DNA of 64,000 nt from a virus, in IMG/VR virus record IMGVR_UViG_3300045988_047070. One strand, 5' to 3'. The notes beneath the pieces were generated by a model, which saw only the letters and a program-made list of their open reading frames with translations, was not told the origin of the DNA and made no database searches. Positions 7,701 to 15,534 of this stretch are shown here, one piece after another. Each line of letters begins with the position of its first letter. The first letter of the stretch is position 1. A program made the position numbers and the translations under genes.

Positions 7701-8129
7701 ATGAACAGTAAGATTAATGGAGTAGCAGTTGTAATATTGCCTCCAGGACTTTCTAAAGAGGAAGTTCAAGTGCTATTTTCTAGCATATTGAGTAAGTTAG
7801 AAACTATTAATCCTGAGTACAAACAAAATGGAGGATTTCTAACTATCTTAGAGCCTAACGACCTGTTTAGAGTCGTAAATCCTGTTAATGCTGAAATAGC
7901 AACATTAGCAGACAATTTGGTAGTTGAATTCGGTGAACCTACAGATCCTGTGCATTTTGCGACAAAGTTCGTATGTGCTTACTATGGTCCTAAAGACTTA
8001 GTAAACCATGACGTTGTTACAACAATTGCATCGATCAAAGAAGGTTCCCCAGAATGGGCTTACTTCGAAAGGAGAAAGCTAAAGTTCCTTATTTTTCAAT
8101 GTCGCAACATTTTGCAGAATACTTTATGA
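7701..8129 (+). CDS. hypothetical protein (142 aa)
   Basis: ORF track. AACTAAAAA lies at 7684-7692. Confidence 0.65.
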   Translation: MNSKINGVAVVILPPGLSKEEVQVLFSSILSKLETINPEYKQNGGFLTILEPNDLFRVVNPVNAEIATLADNLVVEFGEPTDPVHFATKFVCAYYGPKDLVNHDVVTTIASIKEGSPEWAYFERRKLKFLIFQCRNILQNTL

Positions 8130-8248
8130 GCAAGACAAAGAAAGATTCTAAGGATTCAAAGGCTATGCGGAAATACACTCCGCATAAGCCTAAGATGACT
8201 CCTTATAAAAGAGAGTCTAAAGCACAGAGATTTCGCGAGGATAGCTAG
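8126..8248 (+). CDS. small basic protein (40 aa), ATGA-coupled
   Basis: It is in the frame of track ORF 8054..8248. The ATG at 8126 overlaps the TGA of the upstream gene. The product is MSKTKKDSKDSKAMRKYTPHKPKMTPYKRESKAQRFREDS. Confidence 0.4.
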   Translation: MSKTKKDSKDSKAMRKYTPHKPKMTPYKRESKAQRFREDS

Positions 8249-8504
8249 TTACCGCCAGTTACTAGTCCTCAAGTCTATAATTCTTAAATTGTTAAGATAT
8301 GGTGGTCATTCCCCTAAAGCATGTTAAACCTAACGCCCTAAGCCCATAAACGGTATGTGAAGATGCATACTACGGGATTGTGTACTTGTACAAATGATAA
8401 TCTCACAGGAGGTTATTAATTATAAGAAGGAGAAGAGGTTCCCTCTGAATAAGAAATAGGAATAAGAGGGCATGCTTATTATTTGAAACTAACACAATTG
8501 GGAT

Positions 8505-8807
8505 ATGGAAAAAACAAAAGTAAAACAAGTAATTAGAGAGGCATTAGCTAGAGAACCAGCTATAGAATGGTATCTTAAAAGTAAGAAAATATACGGTCGC
8601 TATATATCTTTGCTAGCAGATGTTATACTCACACATAAAAGAGTTTTAGTATGGAATGAAAGTATGTGTGAACGTACTATTAAGAATATAATAACAGGAT
8701 CTAGTCCTTTATATATTCCAATGTCATTTCAATATAGGGAACGTATAAGAATTATCTCTAATCATGCATTGAATAGAGATACAATCCTAGAACTTTATCA
8801 AAATTAA
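8505..8807 (+). CDS. hypothetical protein (100 aa)
   Basis: ORF track. Confidence 0.6.
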   Translation: MEKTKVKQVIREALAREPAIEWYLKSKKIYGRYISLLADVILTHKRVLVWNESMCERTIKNIITGSSPLYIPMSFQYRERIRIISNHALNRDTILELYQN

Positions 8808-8840
8808 TTATTAATATCAAAAAAAAAAAAACAAAAGAAA

Positions 8841-9263
8841 ATGGAAACTAAAGACATTATCACAGAAATCACCGAAGGTAGAAAAGTAAGCGAAGACATT
8901 ATCAAAGCTGCAAATGAGGACATCTTAAAAGGGCGAGAGGAGAATCTCAAACAAGAGATGATCAATACTCTACAGAATTCTGAGTACAAGATCGGTTACT
9001 CAAAATTGAGACTGAAAAGAGCTCGAGCATTTGAAGAGATAGAGAAAGAACGTCTGACAAAAGTAGGCGAGAATATGAATCGTTTAAAAGCCGGTGGTAT
9101 CACTCCAGAGGATTGGGAAAAAGAGGATGAGAAGATTGAGAAAGAAGCATCTGATAAACTGCTTGAAAAGAAAGCAGAGTTCAGCGGCTACTTGAAGCAA
9201 TTGAATCGTATCTATAACGATTGTAGCTGGAGTGTTTTGAGAGATAGCTTCGACCGCTATTAA
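8841..9263 (+). CDS. charged, coiled-coil-like hypothetical protein
   Basis: ORF track. The sequence is K/E-rich and heptad-like. Confidence 0.6.
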   Translation: METKDIITEITEGRKVSEDIIKAANEDILKGREENLKQEMINTLQNSEYKIGYSKLRLKRARAFEEIEKERLTKVGENMNRLKAGGITPEDWEKEDEKIEKEASDKLLEKKAEFSGYLKQLNRIYNDCSWSVLRDSFDRY

Positions 9264-9603
9264 TCAGCAATTCCGCTCTGAAGAGCTATAAGCCGAAAAG
9301 AGTAGTGGGATATGAATATAGTAGTATTTCACAACGCAAGAGATATACTTGCATTGCTTAAGATCCTTTGAGACAAAAGCAGGAAGGCGAAATTAGCATC
9401 AAGACTAAAGAGTACGAGATCCATTGAGACAGCTAGTCCTACGTACTCATATTCATTATTTTTCAGGTTTAATTAGTAGAGAGCTATAAGCCAATAATAG
9501 TTTAGTACAGTAGTAATGCCGATCATATAAGTCTCATCGTAGCGTTGGAGTCCATTTCAGTATTAAATGATTTATTACTACTAAAGGAACCAAAAATTAG
9601 GGT

Positions 9604-9635
9604 GTAAGGAGAGAGATCTCCTTACATTCACTAAA
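9604..9635 (+). other. hairpin plus ACATTCACTAAA box, copy 1
   Basis: GTAAGGAG-AGAGAT-CTCCTTAC forms 8 bp. The 12-mer ACATTCACTAAA at 9624-9635 is identical to 12492-12503. Confidence 0.45.
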
Positions 9636-9847
9636 TATTCACGATATAAGAACTGTGTCGTGTCTTATTAGGTTTATTGGAAACTATTAGGACGAGGGTT
9701 CGATTAAGATGGTCGAGTTTAAATTGGGTGAATTCAGGGAACGCTAAACAAAAATGCTCAGAAATGACATTTTTGCATGCCAATCCTGAGCTAAGCATGT
9801 AGTACACTACATGAAAGTGCAGAGACTACTGGAGAACTAAAGTGTTC

Positions 9848-10372
9848 TTAATTACCAGCTAGAGCGCCCAACCCTTCATTAGAAGGTGAAGAGATAGTCC
9901 AAGATTCACGAAACTTTTTAAGTTTCTCCTCAGAAATGAGGTTCCTATGAACCATTCTGTGGCAATTAGGACATAAAGTTATTAAGTTTGTAATTTCATT
10001 TTTACCACCGTTAGATACAGGTATAATATGATGAACATCACAAGAAGCTTTATTCCAACCGCATATTGCACAAGGTTGTAATAATAGAAAATTGTAAAAT
10101 GATCTAGTAATAGCATTATTAGATTTCATTCTTTTACGATAATCTTTTAATTTACAAGCATTCGTACAATACTTTGCTTTGGAAGATTGCGCTTCAAATT
10201 CCTGTTCACATACAATACATTTACATTTGTATTTCTTTCTATGTAAATTTCTGTATTTAGCAGCACATGAAAGTGAACAAAATTTTGCATTTCCTCTGTT
10301 TACCTCTCGTAAATCAGCTTGGAATTCATTATTACAACATAAACATTCTTTTTTCATACAACCATAACGCAT
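9848..10372 (-). CDS. HNH homing endonuclease, free-standing, antisense to the surrounding genes
   Basis: The HNH core is CDVHHIIPVSNGGKNEITNLITLCPNCHRMVH. The N-terminal part carries multiple CxxC pairs. Confidence 0.85.
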   Translation of the reverse strand: MRYGCMKKECLCCNNEFQADLREVNRGNAKFCSLSCAAKYRNLHRKKYKCKCIVCEQEFEAQSSKAKYCTNACKLKDYRKRMKSNNAITRSFYNFLLLQPCAICGWNKASCDVHHIIPVSNGGKNEITNLITLCPNCHRMVHRNLISEEKLKKFRESWTISSPSNEGLGALAGN

Positions 10373-10645
10373 ATGGAGATAGAATGTTCTAATAACTTAA
10401 AAGAATCTGTCCCTCCAGCTCCACGCTCATAAGAGCTACAAGGGCAAAACAAAACTAGGGTTTTTGATCGTGTTAACCGTGCGCCAAGTTTTTAAATTTT
10501 AGAACGGTTAAAAGGGGCTGCATGGTTTTGACTAGTAGTGAAAGGTAAAATAGGTTCATTGTGTGTTTAAATGGCAATAATTTTGTCACAGACTATACTC
10601 AACTAGCAGTTGCGTAAAGTCACGTGCTAACTACGAAAGTGAGGG

Positions 10646-10711
10646 ATATCTATAGTTTAACGGTAGAACACTGATTATTCAGTAGTGTAGGTTCGAATCC
10701 TACTAGATAAC
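10646..10711 (+). tRNA. tRNA-like element with truncated anticodon arm (66 nt)
   Basis: My fold is ATATCTA-TA-GTTT-AACGGTA-GAAC-ACTGA-TTAT-TCAGT-AGT-GTAGG-TTCGAAT-CCTAC-TAGATAA-C. The acceptor has 6 bp plus an A1/A72 mismatch. The D loop has GG. The middle arm is only 14 nt with a 4-nt loop. Confidence 0.55.
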
Positions 10712-10731
10712 ATAAACTAAAAACAGTATGG

Positions 10732-11046
10732 ATGGCAAGAGTTAGTTTTTCAGGCTATGTAGCCTATGTTAGTGAGAATCTTCCTGAATCTTGGAAAAGA
10801 GTTGGGGAGAATCATGGAGTACTTAATCAGCTGATAAGTGCAGTTGCTAAGTATTGTTACGAACACCTTTTGACAGGTCGAGAGTTAGTTATGCATTTGA
10901 AAGAGAATACACTAATTGACGCTGCAGACTTCGAAGAAGAGCCTCAAGGGATAGATTGGTGGGTAGATTTAAGTCTAGAAGCCAATATGCTAGAATCACA
11001 TGGTTGTATTCCTACATTTGCAGAAGATGATAAGAGTACCAAGTAA
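10732..11046 (+). CDS. hypothetical protein (104 aa)
   Basis: ORF track. AACTAAAAA lies at 10715-10723. Confidence 0.65.
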   Translation: MARVSFSGYVAYVSENLPESWKRVGENHGVLNQLISAVAKYCYEHLLTGRELVMHLKENTLIDAADFEEEPQGIDWWVDLSLEANMLESHGCIPTFAEDDKSTK

Positions 11047-11446
11047 AGTAAAGTATGATCTATTTAACGTATCTTCATTTACTCAGGAATTTATATGTGC
11101 CGGAGTAAGAGATAATGTTGTTGGAATGTATAACTTTCTCAAAGAGAAAGGAGTACAGGTAAAAGACAAACAAGCTGATGATCTTAGAATTAGCAGTAGA
11201 AAAAGTATTGTGTTACTTTGCACTAACTCTAACTCTAGTAACCCATTTGGAATAATCCAATTGAAGGACTGGGGTTGGTGGAACTTCTATCATAATAAGC
11301 ATAATCGTAGTAGTAAACCATTGTACTATACGTATAACTTACCATCACAATGGCATGAAATGCTTAGGGATGGCTGTATATGGAAGGAAATGGAAGTATT
11401 TGATAAACCAGAAACGTATGAGGGTAGGAAAACGTATTTATTTTGA
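11000..11446 (+). CDS. hypothetical protein (start uncertain, 11000 or 11027)
   Basis: ORF track. It overlaps the upstream gene. Confidence 0.55.
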   Translation: MVVFLHLQKMIRVPSKVKYDLFNVSSFTQEFICAGVRDNVVGMYNFLKEKGVQVKDKQADDLRISSRKSIVLLCTNSNSSNPFGIIQLKDWGWWNFYHNKHNRSSKPLYYTYNLPSQWHEMLRDGCIWKEMEVFDKPETYEGRKTYLF

Positions 11447-11618
11447 AAGTCCCCAAGAGAGGAAAGAGTTCTTAGCATTGCTAAGAGATGCACAAGATGT
11501 TACAGAGATAGCAACAATCATTGCTAAAACTTACAAAAAAGATCTAATAGAGGCAATGGATATTGCTCGAGTGTATAACGAATTTATTAGGAAGGAAAAT
11601 GAAAACGTTGACAACTAG
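11355..11618 (+). CDS. hypothetical protein (start uncertain, possibly 11418)
   Basis: ORF track. It overlaps 11000..11446 by 92 nt if the first ATG is used. Confidence 0.45.
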   Translation: MKCLGMAVYGRKWKYLINQKRMRVGKRIYFESPQERKEFLALLRDAQDVTEIATIIAKTYKKDLIEAMDIARVYNEFIRKENENVDN

Positions 11619-12024
11619 TGGAACTTATTTAGTAACAATCAGTGGACAAGAGTACATAGCAGTAGTAATAGGAAGCGCACCTATGCTACAGGTTGCAAGA
11701 GTGTTAAACTTAACAAAGTTCATTGATACTGGAGAGTTAGAAATCAGTACAGAAGCAAGAACTGTATTAACTGAGAAACCGTGCGAATTTAACTTCAGAC
11801 AGATCGACTTGAACATCATCAGTCCGATGCAGGAAGTAGTACAGATACCGAAGTTACCCTACACACCTAAACAGTACAAAAAATGGTTATCATTATGTGG
11901 TGATTTAGATCGTGAAAAGTTACTTACAGATATCATGCTAACAAACCCTAGCATCAGTTACGGTGAAGCTCAAACAATCATTGATCAGTTATGGAGAGAC
12001 AAAAGGAACATAGTCTCACAGTAA
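11599..12024 (+). CDS. hypothetical protein
   Basis: ORF track (11563..12024). I prefer the ATG at 11599 (MKTLTTSG...), which is preceded by AGGAAGGAAA. Confidence 0.6.
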   Translation: MKTLTTSGTYLVTISGQEYIAVVIGSAPMLQVARVLNLTKFIDTGELEISTEARTVLTEKPCEFNFRQIDLNIISPMQEVVQIPKLPYTPKQYKKWLSLCGDLDREKLLTDIMLTNPSISYGEAQTIIDQLWRDKRNIVSQ

Positions 12025-12467
12025 ATTATACAGATCTGTGTGATTATCTAAACGACCGTCTAGTCTTACCCTATCTACCTAAAGTAGGAGAAGACTGGAA
12101 TTTATTTGGTCCAGTCATATCACAGACATATGGACCAGACGGAGTATTCCCTAAGCAATATAATGATAAAGAATTACTAAAATGGATACAACACAGAATC
12201 CAAGTAAGGACATTATTATTATTTGTACAAAGGAAACTCTTTACACACCTTGCCATGTTACACAATACAAGGGCAACGGATGCAGTTCAGATGCGTATTT
12301 TCGTATCTATGCTGAACAAGTTAGGACTACCTAGAATTTATGCTGATGAAATATTTGATAATGTACATCTGCAGTATGACATTAGGAAACCTGTTTTCGA
12401 AGATTATTATCTTATGAAAATATTAGGTTTACCTTTTTGTTTTGAATCTAGGCCTTGTCCTTTTTAA
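11991..12467 (+). CDS. hypothetical protein (158 aa)
   Basis: ORF track. It has a 34-nt overlap with the upstream gene. Confidence 0.6.
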   Translation: MERQKEHSLTVNYTDLCDYLNDRLVLPYLPKVGEDWNLFGPVISQTYGPDGVFPKQYNDKELLKWIQHRIQVRTLLLFVQRKLFTHLAMLHNTRATDAVQMRIFVSMLNKLGLPRIYADEIFDNVHLQYDIRKPVFEDYYLMKILGLPFCFESRPCPF

Positions 12468-12470
12468 GGT

Positions 12471-12503
12471 GTTAGGGGTTCGACTCCCCTAACATTCACT
12501 AAA
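12471..12503 (+). other. T-arm-like hairpin plus ACATTCACTAAA box, copy 2
   Basis: GTTAGGGG-TTCGACT-CCCCTAAC has a TTCGAnT-type loop. It is followed by ACATTCACTAAA at 12492-12503. TGAATCT (12443-12449) could pair with ACATTCA as a mini acceptor stem. Confidence 0.45.
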
Positions 12504-12518
12504 CAAGTTAGTTTGATT

Positions 12519-13082
12519 ATGAAGAGAGAAGATGAAGACCTTCTTATTCAGCAAGCTAAGCTTGGTAAGCAAGATGCTTTTACAGAGCTTTATGATCGGC
12601 ATCATAAGCTTATTCGATACATTATCTATGATATTGTAAAGAATGAAGATGTAGCAGATGACTTATTATCTGTTACCTTCACAAAAGCATTTAGTAGATT
12701 AGAATCTTATGTAAACCCTATTTCATTTGAAATGTGGTTAAAAACTATAGCAATTAACACTGCAATAGATTATATAAGATCTTCTAAGAATGAGAAACAG
12801 AATCATTATATAGATTCTGAGGACAATTACATTCAGTTAGATAGTAACGATCTCAGTCCTGAGGAAGTTATTATGAAACAGGAAACTGTTGAACAACTGA
12901 AAGTAGCTCTACATAAATTAAGATCTAAATATCGTAACATATTAGAATTACGATATTTCAAAGGCTTAAGTTATGAAGAACTTGCAACTGAGCTTGGCGT
13001 GCCAATAGGAACTGTAAAAAGTGACTTAAACAAAGCTAAGAAGAGATTGCGAGAATTCTTTGACAACATTAACAATAACTAA
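12519..13082 (+). CDS. ECF-type sigma-70 family RNA polymerase sigma factor
   Basis: The region 2-like stretch is QDAFTELYDRHHKLIRYIIYDIV...DDLLSVTFTKAF...WLKTIAINTAIDYIR. The region 4 HTH is ILELRYFKGLSYEELATELGVPIGTVKSDLNKAKKRL. The ATG at 12519 lies within the TTG-started track ORF. Confidence 0.85.
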   Translation: MKREDEDLLIQQAKLGKQDAFTELYDRHHKLIRYIIYDIVKNEDVADDLLSVTFTKAFSRLESYVNPISFEMWLKTIAINTAIDYIRSSKNEKQNHYIDSEDNYIQLDSNDLSPEEVIMKQETVEQLKVALHKLRSKYRNILELRYFKGLSYEELATELGVPIGTVKSDLNKAKKRLREFFDNINNN

Positions 13083-13098
13083 CAAATACTTACACATC

Positions 13099-13482
13099 AT
13101 GACAGAAGTTGCAATCATCGCAATTATAGTCATCTTAGCTGCAATCGTTATAGGGAAGGCCAACCATAGTAACGATTTAGTTTGGAGACTATTGTTCTGT
13201 TTTAGTGTTAGCGTATGTGTGTCTATAGGTTTCCTTTACATCTTTAGCAGCAAGCCAAAAGCAAAAGCAGCTAATGTTGAGGTAATTCGTAAGGCAGGAG
13301 ATTCTACTGACGCCCATGTAGTATGCTTCAACCAGATAGCAATGGCTGAAGTTACCGAACAGGATATTACAGGTCAGGAGTCATTATTATCAGAATGCCT
13401 TACATGGGCACCAGTGATGAACGTGTTACCATTGAATAGTTTAAACTATATAATGGAACACATTATCTTTGATGACTCATAG
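13099..13482 (+). CDS. two-TM membrane protein immediately downstream of the sigma gene (candidate anti-sigma or partner, speculative)
   Basis: It is in the frame of track ORF 13060..13482 with an ATG at 13099. Hydrophobic segments are VAIIAIIVILAAIVI and LLFCFSVSVCVSIGFLYIF. The partner role is suggested by position only. Confidence 0.5.
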   Translation: MTEVAIIAIIVILAAIVIGKANHSNDLVWRLLFCFSVSVCVSIGFLYIFSSKPKAKAANVEVIRKAGDSTDAHVVCFNQIAMAEVTEQDITGQESLLSECLTWAPVMNVLPLNSLNYIMEHIIFDDS

Positions 13483-13579
13483 ATAGCGATAACACTAACA
13501 AAAACAGACAAACGAGAGAATTAGGTACGTTCGTACCAAGTAATTAACATTTAAACACAATCTTTAAAACATTATCAAA

Positions 13580-15046
13580 ATGGCAAAGAATAAAGCAAAG
13601 AAAGGAGCTACTGCTCCGAAAGTAGAGACAAAGGCAGCTGAGGAAGTAAAAGTACAAGCTGCTGTAGAAACTAAAGTAGAGGATAAGGCACCGAAGAAGC
13701 CTGCACCTCAACCTGATGTACAGCCGAAAGCTGACACAAAGGAACAAAAGAAACCTGATCCGACACCTGCTGCTGCACCTGCAGAAGGAGCAACAGGCGA
13801 TCAACCAGCTGTAGTTCAACCAGAAGAGGTTAATAACGCAGCTATGCCTACGCAAGCAGAGATGTCGGCCGAGGTATTCAAAAATGCAGAATTACAGTCT
13901 ATTCTCGGTAGTATTTCTCTTACTCCGGAAAGTACTATGGACGCTAACCACATGGTGTTGTTAACTCACGTAGCTACTGAACGGTTCAAAGGGAAAGATC
14001 CGAAGAATCCTGTAGTAATAGCAGCTAACGAGATGGTTGATGACCTTACTTGTTACTGTATTGCTGTAGCTGGTATTAACATGGCAATTAACGGCAAGAA
14101 ACTAGGTATGTCCGTACCTGTTAACGCCTTAGGAGCTTATGTACGAGCTATGGGATACTTTGGCATTGCATTACCGGCAGAGAAGGCTGTTCCGGATCCT
14201 AACAAGCCTGATCAGCTCCTAATTCCGTTTGAAGGAGCATCTCCTGAGACTGTTGAGACAGTTAAAGAAGAGATCAAGATGCAAAGAGGCACTAAGCCTA
14301 CCATGGATCCAGCTTTGTGGAAGAGCGATGAGGACGCTAAGAAAGCGCTTCTCTATATCCTGAGTGACACATTGTCTAAGGATAATCGTTTCTTAGTATC
14401 TACCTCTAAGTTACGTATGTACAAGATGCTGTCTGCAGAGAACAAGGAAGAGAAGGCTATGTGGGAATCAGCATCCAATGCAACCATATTTGACAATCTT
14501 TTGTCAATTCTTGGTACAGCTAAGTCTACGTTCTTGAATGCAATTGGAGGACAAATTTATTCGTCCGCCGCTACACAGAAGAATCCGATTAAGAGTCATT
14601 TAACTCTTAAGCGTAACTTCCCGCAGTTATCTGACGAAGATGCAGCTGAGATCATTAAGATCATAGTAAAGCACAAAGCAGCACAGAATAATCCTAATGA
14701 GCCGCTAGAGAATAACATCGCTTGGAACGGCTTGAAAGACGGTAAACGTGAAGACTGCTTACTGTATCCTACTAAGACAACGGATGTAGACAAGGAGATT
14801 ATGGGACGTCTCCAGAATGTCTATGCAGAACGTTTAGGTAGTCCAGCAGAAGCTGGTTATAACCTCCGTGCCACTAACTTAATTGTTACTATCATGAACT
14901 TGTATAAGACTTCTGGACAAATTGCGCAACTTGTCGAGCAGAATTATACGGCTGAGGTAAACAAGGCATTAGAGGCAACGTCTGGTAAAACTGCTCCGCA
15001 AGAGGAGAAAAAAGACGAGAAGGAGGCAGAGAAACCGAAAAAATAA
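13580..15046 (+). CDS. 488-aa protein with K/A/P/E-rich low-complexity termini, function unknown
   Basis: ORF track. The first roughly 85 aa are KKGATAPKVETKAAEEVKVQ...KKPAPQPDVQPKADTKEQKKPDPTPAAAP. The C-terminus is QEEKKDEKEAEKPKK. Confidence 0.7.
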   Translation: MAKNKAKKGATAPKVETKAAEEVKVQAAVETKVEDKAPKKPAPQPDVQPKADTKEQKKPDPTPAAAPAEGATGDQPAVVQPEEVNNAAMPTQAEMSAEVFKNAELQSILGSISLTPESTMDANHMVLLTHVATERFKGKDPKNPVVIAANEMVDDLTCYCIAVAGINMAINGKKLGMSVPVNALGAYVRAMGYFGIALPAEKAVPDPNKPDQLLIPFEGASPETVETVKEEIKMQRGTKPTMDPALWKSDEDAKKALLYILSDTLSKDNRFLVSTSKLRMYKMLSAENKEEKAMWESASNATIFDNLLSILGTAKSTFLNAIGGQIYSSAATQKNPIKSHLTLKRNFPQLSDEDAAEIIKIIVKHKAAQNNPNEPLENNIAWNGLKDGKREDCLLYPTKTTDVDKEIMGRLQNVYAERLGSPAEAGYNLRATNLIVTIMNLYKTSGQIAQLVEQNYTAEVNKALEATSGKTAPQEEKKDEKEAEKPKK

Positions 15047-15052
15047 TCAATC

Positions 15053-15442
15053 ATGAATCGGTTAACTGATTTCCTTTGGTGTGCATTATTTTCGTTTATA
15101 GCGATTATAACTGTCATCAAATTGAGCCCAAATGAGGCTAAAGCAGAGCAAAAAATGCCCGAGCTTACAATTCCAAAATTCAATCCTGTAGGTCAGTTTG
15201 ACCTACAGATTGATTTAAACAAGGGAACCGCAAACGTCACAAGCAGTAACGGAATAGGTAAAGCCAACGTAACAGTAAATCATCCTACGGAGGTAATTGA
15301 GGTTCCAAGTAAACCAATTATTAAAAAGGAGGTAAAGTATGAAACAAAAACTGAATATTTGGAGAAAGTAGTACTATTTTCTTTACCAGTACCTACATTT
15401 CACGTACCAAGTGTTCAGATTCCTAAAAGCGTAGAGAGATGA
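15053..15442 (+). CDS. signal-anchor or secreted hypothetical protein
   Basis: ORF track. The N-terminal hydrophobic segment is FLWCALFSFIAIITVI. Confidence 0.6.
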   Translation: MNRLTDFLWCALFSFIAIITVIKLSPNEAKAEQKMPELTIPKFNPVGQFDLQIDLNKGTANVTSSNGIGKANVTVNHPTEVIEVPSKPIIKKEVKYETKTEYLEKVVLFSLPVPTFHVPSVQIPKSVER

Positions 15443-15534
15443 AAGCAAAAAATAGTACATTGGATAAATTAGCATTTGTAGGCTTAATTATCTTCTTTAT
15501 AATGTGTTTATTCTTTGCATGGTGTATAACATAA
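15439..15534 (+). CDS. 31-aa membrane micro-protein, ATGA-coupled
   Basis: Hand translation gives MKAKNSTLDKLAFVGLIIFFIMCLFFAWCIT. The ATG overlaps the TGA of 15053..15442. Confidence 0.35.
   Translation: MKAKNSTLDKLAFVGLIIFFIMCLFFAWCIT

Noticed and set aside
9690-9705. A T-arm-like GAGGGTTCGATT
   Set aside because: The flanking bases do not form a stem, so this is just a chance TTCGA match.
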